From positions 66,665,195-66,729,194 of the forward strand of contig NC_068981.1 of the NCBI RefSeq assembly GCF_001194135.2: DNA of 64,000 nucleotides, given 5' to 3'. The notes beneath the pieces were generated by a model that saw only the letters and a program-made list of their open reading frames with translations, did no database searches and was not told the origin of the DNA. Below, piece after piece: positions 49,130-61,049 of this stretch (its first letter is position 1; every line of letters begins with the position of its first letter). Source of the stretch: Octopus bimaculoides (lineage: Eukaryota). A program made the position numbers and the translations under genes.

Positions 49130-50055
49130 ATCATTATCATCAACATCATTGCCATCATTCCACGACTTCCATGCTGATGTGAGTTGAATGGTTTGACAGG
49201 ATCTGACTGGTTGGAGGACTGCATTGAGCTCCAATGTCTACTTTGTCATGGTTTCAAGGGCTGAATGCTCTTCTTAATGACACTCATTTTACAGAGTATA
49301 CTAAGTGCTTTTTTTCGTGGCTCCAGCACTAGTGAGATTACCAAGTAATTTACAACACCCCCACCTCATCTGAAGGGTTTTAGTAGAAAAGAAAAATGAT
49401 AGCTTTATATACTAGGTGTTGACTGATGTAGAGGAAATACATGGTTATTCCATTTTATATAAAGGTAGGTGGATGTGTCTAGAGAGATAAAGATGGTGAT
49501 GTGGTGGCAGTGTTATACCCTGAAGGTGCAAGAAGGTGAATAAAAGAGAGAATAGGGATGGAAGATTGATAAGGATAGGAGGTGTAAGTTTACAAAAATG
49601 GGAAATGAGAGTGACAGGTGGTTAGAGATAGAAGGAGGGGTTAATGTAGTGATTGGTGAGCAAGGATGGAAGTGTGGTCAGTGGTAATAAGTTGCTGCAT
49701 CCAAAAGGGAGCAGTAGCTGGTGACACAGAAAGGGTAATCATTGGGAATTACTGTGGGAAGAGATGATATTGAGACTGTGGGATGAATGGCATAGGGAAG
49801 TGTTTCCAAGGAGAGGGATAACTTGTAACACAGAAGGGGATGGAATATGTAGTTCTACTCTTGTATAATAGCAACAGTCGAATAATGTTGTAGAGTTAGA
49901 AGAGTGATGGAGGGATGAGTAATAGGAAGAGGGGAGGGTGGAAAAATTCTGACAAGAACTGTGTTGGTGTGGAGGTGAGGCTCCTTGCATGTATAGACAT
50001 AAACATAATGCTTTCAGTACCACTATTTTGCCATGGTGGCTGGGTCTTCTCATGC
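49130..50055 (-). mobile_element. Old family D element with 5' extension
   Basis: Homologous to 7400-8650. Confidence 0.55.
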
Positions 50056-50227
50056 GCAGAAAATTGCTAAATCATCTGGCCCTTAATTATTTCTTCCATG
50101 AGGCTCAACATCTTGTTAATAGTCTTCACTACTTTGTCCCTGTTTTCTTGGATCCCTTTTACTAAAGATTCCATCCACATTTAGTAGTTGGAACTTCTTA
50201 CAGCTGCTTTCATGCACACACACACAC

Positions 50228-50272
<45 letters not shown>

Positions 50273-50328
50273 NNNNNNNNNNNNNNNNNNNNNNNNNNNN
50301 NNNNNNNNNNNNNNNNNNNNNNNNNNNN

Positions 50329-50374
<46 letters not shown>

Positions 50375-50379
<5 letters not shown>

Positions 50380-50520
50380 CATGCCCATATGAATGCAGCC
50401 TTCTCTCTTGCACACTGCATCTGATTCCCCTTCTGTGCATATGTATTTTGCCATACATGCACACTAACATTACACTTTCACTGGAGCATGGCAGTCTTCT
50501 AGTTTTCACATGTTAACTGT
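50375..50520 (-). pseudogene. RTE LINE C-terminal fragment
   Basis: RRGIRCSVQERRLHSYGHV resembles RTE xRGIRCxVQERRLRWYGHV. Confidence 0.65.
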
Positions 50521-50542
50521 ATTCAGCACCCATGCCTCCGCT

Positions 50543-50588
<46 letters not shown>

Positions 50589-50619
50589 AAACACGTGTTT
50601 ACATATTCTTTGAATATTA

Positions 50620-50770
50620 CGGGATACAAGTGGTGTTGCTGTTGTGATTTCTTCTACTAAAAAAAATTCATCTGCTGGCTTTGTACCTCCAAAGACATGT
50701 GAAGCAAGAAATCCATTACTTGATCTCATCAAGATCTATGAAGTAGACACAACTAGACACCTGTGGGTAT
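50620..50770 (+). pseudogene. Degenerate non-LTR RT fragment
   Basis: SAGFVPPKTCE..LLDLIKIYEVDTTRHLW resembles QxGFRPxRSC..FLDLxKAYDxVxxxxLW. Confidence 0.4.
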
Positions 50771-52069
50771 GCAGTTTATTGAGACAGGTTTAGTAAACTG
50801 AATCATCTTAATTTGGACGAATTCTGTAAATTAAATTCTTCCTATACAAAGTTGTATTTCTTCCACTCTAAGAAATTATTATTATTGTTTCAGTCACATT
50901 TCCTACTTTTACTGTTCTGCTACTGAGCACAGTTTTTGTTCCTATTTTGTTACATGTGAATCATATAATCACTTATTTTCAACCCTGCTATTAATATTAC
51001 AATCATTTCGCATTACAAAATAAATATCACAAATACAGATGTTCACGAAAGGTGATTATGGGTCTAAGAAATGATAATTGTTTATTTTCACCCTGTATTC
51101 ATTAATAACAGGGTGGATCTACAGAAATATACAAAATAATTAATTTAACTTAAAGAAATGCTTTAGGATAATTTTTTGGAGTGGAAAATCTATTTTCTGG
51201 TCATCTACTTAGCTCTAATTTCAGGTTCATTGTAACTTGCCATCATGCTGGAAGACATTGAATTTTTGTGTCATTGTTGCTGTTGTTGTTGTTGGTGGTG
51301 GTGTTCATTGAAACAATTTCAGTATGCCCCATATGCAAACTCATTACCACCACCTCAATTACCAACACCTTTATCATCCCTTGTTGATTTCATATGTTTT
51401 CCAGTGTTTTAGTCATTAACAGAGAACCTAATATTAGAGGGAAGTAGATGACCAAAATATATATTTTCAACAATAACAATTATCTCAGATCATTCCTTAT
51501 GGCTGAATCAAACATTTCAGAAAATCATGTGTATGTGTTTCTATAAACCCATTCTAGTATTGATAATAACAGGGTGAAAGATATACAATTACTATGTGAA
51601 GTTAGTGAGTTTAGGTAAGTTGGTTATGCCATTAGGAGAAGAGAAATCTAATGTTTAATAACTGACCCTTTGTCTGGGAGATGAAAATAAGAAATTTTTT
51701 TGTTCTCTCTCAGACAAGTGGTCAGCTTTGAAACATCTGATTCCACTTCTCTACAACATACAATCTTATCCAAACTCACAAGCTTCACTGTATAATTTTT
51801 GCTGATAGAGACCTCCACCAGTTTCTTTAGACTTTGATATTTTTTTTACTTAGTTATCATATTAGCTATCTTAATGTTTTTATTTATGTTTGTATTGTTT
51901 ATTTTACAATAATATCATGAAAGACATGTTCTGTGACTAAGTATGCTTTATACTTAAAAAAAAATTTTTTTTTAGGATATTGTTGTGTAATCTTGTCAAT
52001 CTCATTATCTTGTAAACTAATGTATTTTTTAAAAATATACTTAATTTCTTTATCACCAGTGGAGATAAC

Positions 52070-52540
52070 CCATTGCTTTTAGGTTTTCAATCTACCACTC
52101 ACTTTGTATATATTTCTTAGTTTTCTCTTTTTTTTTTCCTCTCCATACATTGAAAGTTTTACCAGTTTGTTCAAAGAGTTATTTTCATCTGCCAGGATTG
52201 AAACATCTATAAACAGGCGCATATTTTCTATATGATCTTTAACAATAATGTCTGGGCATTTGAACTTTATCTCTTTGTATGTACAAGAATATCTCTTACT
52301 ATTGAAACTCTCACTTTTGAAAACTGTTTGAGGTGTGTAACTTGTGTAAGTTGTGTGATCTGTTTTCTGTACTGATATCATTGTAGAACTATAGTTTCCA
52401 GTATACACAGCTTATCTACCCAGTTTTGATTTATATTTACTTTTGGCTCACTCTGTACAACATGGGTAGTCACTCGTCACTTTGCAATTTCTATACTGTC
52501 ACTGCAGTTGCTGCAGGTCTCCTTTACTTAATCTTTCTGT
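52070..52540 (-). pseudogene. RLE-type (R4/NeSL-like) non-LTR retrotransposon C-terminal remnant
   Basis: KCPDIIVKDHIENMRLFIDVSILADENNSLNKLVKLSMY matches the PD-(D/E)xK endonuclease RPDIVxxD..CxxIDVxVPxDxN..K.xEKxxKY; degenerate CxxC knuckle-like stretch upstream. Confidence 0.7.
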
Positions 52541-53989
52541 TACCATATTTCCATTGAAATACTCTATCTTCATTTCAATTAATTTTGCAAATAATGAAGA
52601 ATTTAATAAAATAAATTTTCTGTTATTAAGTTGGTGTTTAGAAATAGATTAACATAAAATTTTGATGGATGGTTTTAATTTAGTTCACTTTTAAACTGAA
52701 AGTTTGTATCAGGGCAAAGGGTGGTCTCAGGCAGATTGGCATCAAGATAGTAAATTAAAAAAAAAAAAAAATAATAGGTTTTGTTTTCCTTGTTGTTTTT
52801 CCTTGATATTTACTGTTACTGTTGTTTTTGTCTAAGCTTAAACTGAAGCCAAGTAAAGTACTGGAAGCCCTGCATGAAAACTTTTTCAACTCTTAGGAGA
52901 ACTTGAACTTCATAAGTTATCTAATATAAAAAATGGATCTGATGGGAAAAATACCATACAGGTCCAAGAGAAGATAAAGGAATTTATGTCAACCTTTAAC
53001 ATCTTTGAAGAGGCATTATCTAGTGGATGTGAGAGACTTTGGGGGATTGGTTAAGATTGAAGATGTTCATGGGCAACTGTGTAAGATTCAGTTGGCAAAC
53101 GATGATCAAAACAGAAGGTGATTGAAGCTTTAGAGGCCTTGATTCTACTTAGGTGGTGGTTTCTGACCCCCTTTGTGTGTTGGTGAATGTTTATTTGTGT
53201 GCCAAATATTTAAGCTATTTTAATATATTGTAATTATTTTCAAATTCCACTGAGGTTGACTTTGCCTTTTATCTCTTTTGCGGGTTGATAAAATGAGTAC
53301 CAGTAGAGCACTGGGGTCGATATAATCAACTTACCCCCTCCCCCAAAATTTGAGAGCAATATATTGTAATTATGTTTTAAGGGAGCAAACTGATAATTAT
53401 TAGAGCATTAAACAAAATGCTTTGGAGTTTTAACTCTTTCCATTCTAGGTTCAATTCCCACTAAAGTCAGTTTTGCTTTTCATCTTAAGTGTTGCTACAA
53501 TAAAGCCCCAGTCAAGGTCAGTGATTGTTAGAGACTTGGACAAAGTGCTTTGTAGTAGTTACTCAGCCTCTTTCCATTCTGTGGTTGTAGGCAGGTGCAG
53601 TGAACTTGTCTGTATTTAGTTGATGAGATGATGTCTTGTAAAAAAATAACCAAAAGAAAACGATAGAAAATCATATTTGTATTCTTCTACAAATATTCTA
53701 TAGCAATCATGTTGGGGTTGTGAAGTATATCCCTAGGGCCAGGGGTCATTCACTAACATAATATTTCAAAGAAGGAATTATACTTTTCCTCCTTGCTTAT
53801 ATATATATATCAGAAAAGAGATGACAAAGAAATAAATGATCATCTTATGAACTTCATTAATTTACAACTGTTCCCACTATAGTTGAGTACCTGAGCAATG
53901 CCTTACAGGTTGATCAGAGCCCCAGACATGAAGTGCCTATATATATGGTGGTGGTTGTCTACTCCTTATGCAGAGTTTGACCATCTCCT

Positions 53990-54270
53990 GTACCTACACC
54001 TTAGCACCATCATGGCGTCTGATGTGGCTTTTTAAACCAGACAATGTTTAAAAGACACCCACATAGATTGCCTCTCCGATTTGGACCACCAAGAGCTGCA
54101 GATAAGCTCTGCTCTTTGTGGATCTTAAAATGTCTCTTGAGGCCTCCGCTGGATTTGCAAACCTTCTGGCATACACTGCATTCAAAGGTGTGCACAGACA
54201 TATAGGCAGAATAGTTGGGGGAGGTTTTTTATCCATGTGTTCACAGATGAGATTTGCGGCTAGCAAAAGA
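53990..54270 (-). pseudogene. Tandem C2H2 zinc-finger remnant, probably LINE (RTE-like) C-terminus
   Basis: FECSVCQKVCKSSGGLKRHFKIH, then with a 1-nt frameshift NLCG..FKTLSGLKSHIRRH; no TGEKP linker. Confidence 0.55.
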
Positions 54271-54314
54271 CATAAAAAAAAATATATATATATGTAGCAA
54301 GTTTCTTATCACGC

Positions 54315-54646
54315 AAGCATGGCTGTGTGGTAAGAGACTTGCTTCTCAACCACATGGTCCTGGGTTAAGCTTTGTGAGTGTATTTGGTTGACAGAAACTG
54401 AAAGAAGCCCATTGCATGTATATATGTGTATATCTATGTGTGTGTATTTATGTCTGTGTTTGTCTCCCACCATTGCTTGACAACTGGTGTTGGTGTGTTT
54501 ATGTCCCTGTAACTTAGTGATTTGGCAAAAGAGACCAATAGAATAAGTACCAAGCTTTAAAAAACAAGTCCTGTTGATTTGTTCAGCTAAAACTCTTCAA
54601 GATAGTGCCCCAGTATGGCCAAAGTCAAAATTGACTGAGACAAAAC

Positions 54647-54648
<2 letters not shown>
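54315..54648 (+). mobile_element. SINE family B
   Basis: catggctgtgtggtaagag..gagaccaatagaataagtac..gtgccccagtatggcc; head internally deleted. Confidence 0.8.
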
Positions 54649-54689
<41 letters not shown>

Positions 54690-55094
54690 AACCTTTACAA
54701 GGAAAAGGTTGACAGTAATTTTGAAGATTTTGCTTGCTTGGCTTCTTCAGGCTGTGCTTTTTGGTTTTATTCAATCTTTAGCAAATTGCTTTTTTGGGGA
54801 GCATGGGGCTGTGGGAAGTGATAATTAGGTGTGGTCTATGTAGTTGTGTAGGAAGTGGGTAGAGGCAGGCAGAAAGAAAGCATGTGTTTGTTAGATGTAA
54901 GTTGATAGAAGGTAATGTGAGGAGGTTTTATTTGGTTTGATGTAGGAATTTTCTTATTGTTTATAGTTCAGTTTAGCATGCATATAACTTGTTAATAGGC
55001 ATGTGAAATTCAGGTTATGACATTCCCACATGTTTTATAGCCCTGTTTGTGTAGCACATTTTGTATTGTATATTTGGTTGTAGCTGACTAAGAA

Positions 55095-55605
55095 CTAATA
55101 ATAGTAATAATAATAATCCTTTCTACTAAAGGCACAAGGCCTGAAATTTTCAGGGAGGGGATTAGTCAATTACATTGACCCCAGTGTTTCACTGGTACTT
55201 AATTTGTTGACCCTGAAAGGATGAAAGGCAAAGTCGACCTCAGCGGAATTTGAACTCAGAACATAGTAAAGGCAGATGAAATGCCGCTAAGCATTTTGCC
55301 TGGTGTGCTGCCTTAATGATGATGATAATAATAATAATCCTTGCTGCTTTAATGATGATGATAATAATAATAATAATAATAATAATCCTTTTTACTATAG
55401 GCACAAGGCCTGAAATTTGGGGGAGGGGCTGGGGCTAGTTGATTACATCAACCCCAGTGCTCCACTGGTATTTATTTTATCGACTCTGAAAGCATGAAAG
55501 GCAAAGTCAACCTTGGCAGAATTTGAACTCAGAACGTAAAGATGAACTAAATACCACTAAGCATTTTGCCTGGCATGCTATCGATACTGCCAGCTCACAG
55601 CCTTC

Positions 55606-55630
<25 letters not shown>
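55095..55630 (-). mobile_element. Two tandem SINE family A copies with tail type 2 and (AAT)n tracts
   Basis: Units ~55100-55312 and ~55385-55605, each aatcctt..tactaa/ataggcacaaggcctgaaattt..gatgaaaggcaaagtc..gaatttgaactcagaac..taagcattttgcctgg. Confidence 0.85.
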
Positions 55631-55637
<7 letters not shown>

Positions 55638-56019
55638 TATTATTATTATTAAAAATTTACAGGAAAAGCTTGAATATGATTTGTGGTATTGATCTATATC
55701 TCTTCATGTTCTAAGTTTGAATCANNNNNNNNNNNNNNNNNNNNNNNNNNNNNNNNNNNNNNNNNNNNNNNNNNNNNNNNNNNNNNNNNNNNNNNNNNNN
55801 NNNNNNNNNNNNNNNNNNNNNNNNNNNNNNNNNNNNNNNNNNNNNNNNNNNNNNNNNNNNNNNNNNNNNNNNNNNNNNNNNNNNNNNNNNNNNNNNNNNN
55901 NNNNNNNNNNNNNNNNNNNNNNNNNNNNNNNNNNNNNNNNNNNNNNNNNNNNNNNNNNNNNNNNNNNNNNNNNNNNNNNNNNNNNNNNNNNNNNNNNNNN
56001 NNNNNNNNNNNNNNNNNNN

Positions 56020-56073
<54 letters not shown>

Positions 56074-56409
56074 ATGTACTTATCCATCCCTCCGTCCAAC
56101 CATCCATCCGTCCATACATACATAAATGATGCACTATAATGACATACATGATGCATCATAAATGTTGCATTGTACATACATAGATACTGGAATGAAGCAA
56201 AATTGGAATTGAAACAAAGCTGCAACTCTAACACTCACTCCTACATCGCTACCCAGAGCTCCTCATCATCTAACAGCTACCGCCACCATCGCCACTTCTC
56301 CCCCCNNNNNNNNNNCCCCCCAACCAAGTACCCCCCTCCCTTGTCACGACCAAACCTTCTCCAATTATGTCAACAGCTATAAACTATACAAACGCATCCA
56401 CCACTAAAG

Positions 56410-57830
56410 TTAAAAGATGATGATGATGATGATGATAATAATAATAATAATAATGGTTTGTGAAATCATTGGGTAAAAAGAATCACCACCACCACAACGA
56501 CAACAACAACATAAAGTTGTAGTAAACACATTAACGAAAGCAACAAACTCAATGACAATAATAGCGACAATAATTATTATTTCTCTTAATAATAATAATA
56601 ATAATAATGATGATAATAATAATAATAATAATAATAATAATTCAGTATGAAAAATTCAAATGAAAATAAGGGTTTTCTTTCTCCTAGAAATCAAATCTAT
56701 TCTCATCAGAAATGAAATTAAATATTAAAACTATAAAGAAATGTAAAAAATGAAAACAGAAAAAAAAAAAATGTAACAAAAGAATGTAATATTAGAAAAG
56801 AAGTAGGATATAATAGTCATGATGATGATGATGATGATCGTGATGATGATGATGATAATAGGACAAGCGATGATGGTGGTGTTGGTGGTGCGGTCATGAA
56901 AATCGTAGCAGTAATTACTGTTGGTGTTGATGGTAATAGTTGTAGTGATGATGTTGGTCTTGATGATGGTGGTGGTGGTGGTTGTGGTGGTGATAGTGGC
57001 GTTGGTATTGATAAAGATGAGTTTTATCACAGTGTAGTGTTGGTAACGATGTTGTGACGATGCTGATGATAGTAATGGTAGTGGTGATGGTGTTGGCGGT
57101 AGTACAGATACCAATGATAACACTTGTCGTGGCGGTGGTAGTGGTGGTGGTAGTGGTGGTGGTGTAGATGATGATGATGATGATGATGATAACAATGGCA
57201 CTGGTTGTAATGACAGTGATGGTGTTGGTCGTGCTATTGCTGTTGAGAGTAGTGAGAGTGGGGATGGTGGTGGTCGTGTTAATGATGATGTTTGTAGAGG
57301 TGATTGATGATGGTGGTGATGTTGGTGAGGACGATGGTGATGATGGTGGTGTTGATATTGATGATAATGATTATGATGATGATAGAATGGCATTGGCTGG
57401 TGAGGTTGGTATTGATGATACTGATGAAGAAAGTAATTGTTGTGATAGTGATGATGCTGATGGCAGCAGCAGCAGCAGCAGTAGTAGCAGTAGTAGCAGT
57501 GACATGATGGAGTAGGGGGTTACAGGTTATGAATAGCATTTAATGAGGTAATTTTTATTTCTCATACTGATTAATTACTCGTTGTTGTTGATGACTGTTT
57601 GATAAGCTCTCCATAATGGCAGCTATGCCATATAACCTGTTCAGATTGCTGTAATTCAGAATTTGTCCTCTGCGATTTGCCATGCAGCGAACATTCATCA
57701 TCATGGTTGTTGTTGTTGTTGTTGTTGTTCTCGTCGTTGCTAGTGCTGCCATGCTTGGATTGTTGTTGGTAGTGGTGGAGATGGTAGTAATGGTGGTGAT
57801 AATGATTATTGTCATTATCATTATTAGTAT
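56410..57830. repeat. Extended trinucleotide low-complexity region (GAT, AAT, GGT, GTT, AGC)
   Basis: Direct inspection; accounts for the long low-complexity ORFs. Confidence 0.85.
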
Positions 57831-60800
57831 TATTTCCCATGGTGAATTGACACAGCCATTAGAGCATCTGATAGAAAAGCCTTGCCATATTTATTCTGGT
57901 TCTTTGCGCTCTGAGTTCATACCTTGTTTCATCCATTTCGGGGTTGGAGAAGGGGTTGATAGTTAAATAAAGTATCAAACTGAAGATGGTAGATTGGGTG
58001 GAACTGTTTTTACAGGTATTTGACAAGATTCTTTCCATTAGGTGCCTAATTTAGCTCTTTATGTTCCGAGTTCAAAATCTACCTAAGGATCTAGAACCAG
58101 AGCTAATCACCCATCCATGGGGCCACAGCTAATTATGAAAGCTGCACTGAGTGGAGGGAGGAGGAGGAGGGAAGGCTACAGTAGCAAATAGCTACTGTAG
58201 TTGAACAATGATTATTGTTATTCATCATCATTGTCACCAATATCATCATCATCATCGTTTTAATGTCCACTTTTCTTCCATGCTTGAATGGGTTAGGTAG
58301 AACTCTTTGAGGTAAATTTTCTATAGTTGGATGTTCTTCCTGCCATCAACTCTCACCTGTTTCCAAGCAAAGTGAAATTCCTCCATGGCTGGGCTTGTTT
58401 TTATGGAAGACTGGAAATAAGAGACATTGCTTGTATATTTGTGACACTCATTTGTAACTATTGGGTGTTCTCAAGACATGGAAACTCAAACGTACACATA
58501 CATTCACATGCACACACACACACACATGTGCATGTGAACACACACACACATACATGCACATATATGATGGGCTACTTTCAGTTTCCATCAACCAAATCCA
58601 TTCACAAGGCTTTGATATGTCTGGGTCTATAGTAGAAGACACTTGCCCAAGGTACCATGCAGTGGGACTGAACATGGGACCATGTTGTTGGGAAACAAAC
58701 TTTTTACCCATCTATGCCTGCACCTTGCCACAAAATGGCAGTAAGAAGGAGAAACAGTTTAACTACATCCTTTTACATATTGTGTTTAAATCCTGCCTAG
58801 TCAATTTCCCCTCTGTTCCTTCAGGAGCTGACAAAGTAAAATACAACCCAAATAAAGTCATCAGGCATTTTTATGTGTTCACGTCATCTGAAATTGGTGA
58901 CCTTGTGCATGCCAATTGTAGGAAATCATTATTACTATGAAAGTTTGTGGTTGGTAAAATTAGTAGAATGCCTGACAAGATGTTTTACTGTTTTTAGTTA
59001 CATCCCCTAAACTTCTGAGTTGAAATCTCACTGGGTTGACCTTGTGAGGTGAATACAGCTATCACTCTCTCTCTCTTCCATTACTCCTTTCTCTCATTTC
59101 TGTCACTCTGTCCCCACTCCCACCATCACATTCATTCTCTCTCTTCTTTCACCTGTTTGATCATCCTTCTCTTCAGTTTCTTGTTCAGATTTGCTTTGAA
59201 AGAACAGAAACAACATAGAAAGGATTCTTTAGTCTTGCATTGGGCAAGGCAGCTCCTCTAGTGCTGTTGCCATCATAAAATATGCTTAGTACAGATTGTA
59301 ATGTAGTTGACAAAGGATCAGAGACAATGTAGGGTAGAAAGGAATTTTTAACTTTGTTATGACAAAACATATTCTCTACTGGTTGTGCCGTGATAAAATA
59401 CATCCTGTATACTATGTAAAGGGGTGGTGTTAGAACATCTAGCCATAGAAACCATATCCCATATGGAGTGCATGTGTGAGATGTAGTCCTTCGACTTGTC
59501 TGGGGAAGGCAATCACTCTGGATATGAAACAGCTCAGATTATGATGATGCATCTGACCCATGCCAGCATGGAAAGTAGACATAAAAGGCAGTGATGATGA
59601 TGATTGCAATAGTAATGGTAAAGCCCATCTGTGTAAGTTTGTGTGTGACTTGAAAGGTTGGGTATTAAGCCAACAACTTAAACTTTTTTCGGAAAAAGAG
59701 GTAAAATTTGACTTCATGTCTCAACTGAATGGCTGAGATATGAAATGAAATTCAAGGTGTTAGCGTATCGTGCCAACCCTCACCTTGATGCAAGTTCTGA
59801 TATGCAGGGTGAGGAGGGATGGGTGTTATGACTGACTTGGGCAATAAATAATATTACACTTTGAGCTAGATTGGTGTGTGAAAGAACTAACAAAAAACAA
59901 AAACAAAAACACAAAAAAAAAACAAAAAAAATCTGTGTAAAAACAAACAGTGAGAAACAAAACAGCTTTTAATACATAATGTTCTTCCGCTCACTCACCA
60001 CTTAGCTTTTCTTTCTTTATTTCTATCCTCTTGACCAGTCTTCCATGCTGTAGACTGACTACATTTCTGCATCATGACTCCTCTCTCTTTTCCTTTCTCT
60101 CTCTCTCTCTTTTCCTTTCTCTCTCTCTCTTTTCCTTTCTCTCTCTCTCTCTTTTCCTTTCTCTCTCTCTCTTTTCCTTTCTCTCTCTCTCTTTTCCTTT
60201 CTCTCACTCTCTCTCTCACTCTCTCTCTACTGCCCTGTCATCTCTCNNNNNNNNNNCTCTCTCACTCTCTCTCTACTGCCCTGTCATCTCTCTTCTTCAC
60301 CCCTCTCTCTCTTTACTACCCTGTCATCTCTATTCCTCTTCCTCTTTCAATCTCTTTCTCGCCCCCTCTCTCTTTCTCTTCCAGTCCGTTAAATAAATTT
60401 CTCCTGACTAATGTACAGTACTCTATGGAATCATTTTAAAACAAACAAAAATGGGAAAAAATGTAAAAGAATATTAAAAAAAAAAAACAAATGCAAAAAT
60501 GCAAGAAAAATCATCTCCAGATGCATTAGTTTTTTAATGATCCAAATCATAATAAAAAAGTTTTTGTTTGCTTGTTAACGAGACTTTATTTGTCTCTGTT
60601 TTTTGCTTGTTTCATTAATTTATTTTTATTTTTATTTACTAAAACATATTTAAAACAAAAAAAAAAATACCCCCAAAAACAAAAAAAAATTGTTCCCCCA
60701 TATTGATATCAGTTGATGGACACTGCTAGTGACACTGTTCTCTTTAAAACCTGTTGATATCCACAAATGTTAGAAAGTACTCATATACAGCATGTAGTTA

Positions 60801-61049
60801 CAGCACAAGAGACATTTTTCAATAATTTTGCTGGTGGATTGACTGATTTTAGAGCATCAGTCAAAATGCTTTGCTCTGTCTTTACATTCTGAGTTCAAAT
60901 TCTGCAAGGTCCAACTTTGCCTTTCATCCTGCCAGTGTTGATAAAATAAAATTTCAATCAAGAAACGAAAATGATACAAACATTATATAAATATGTGTTA
61001 GAATTCCCAGAGGAGGACTGTCACCTGGACCTAATCAGAATTAACCTTA

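Larger units (their letters stand above)
3779..60256. other. Sixteen assembly gaps (N runs)
   Basis: 3779-4127, 9574-9981, 18795-19009, 23730-23788, 27143-27635, 30666-31389, 34558-34840, 36366-36908, 41850-41859, 42495-42504, 44240-44711, 47788-47902, 50273-50328, 55725-56019, 56306-56315, 60247-60256. Confidence 0.98.

Noticed and set aside
50600-50770. Possible exon on either strand
   Set aside because: Better explained as a decayed RT motif (LDLxKxYD..LW) on the + strand.
3621-56234. Long ORF-track entries (140-310 aa) containing X runs
   Set aside because: They are open only because N gaps contain no stop codons.
56731-57539. 220-aa and overlapping H/P/T/D-rich ORFs
   Set aside because: Translations of trinucleotide low-complexity DNA open in several frames on both strands; no domain.
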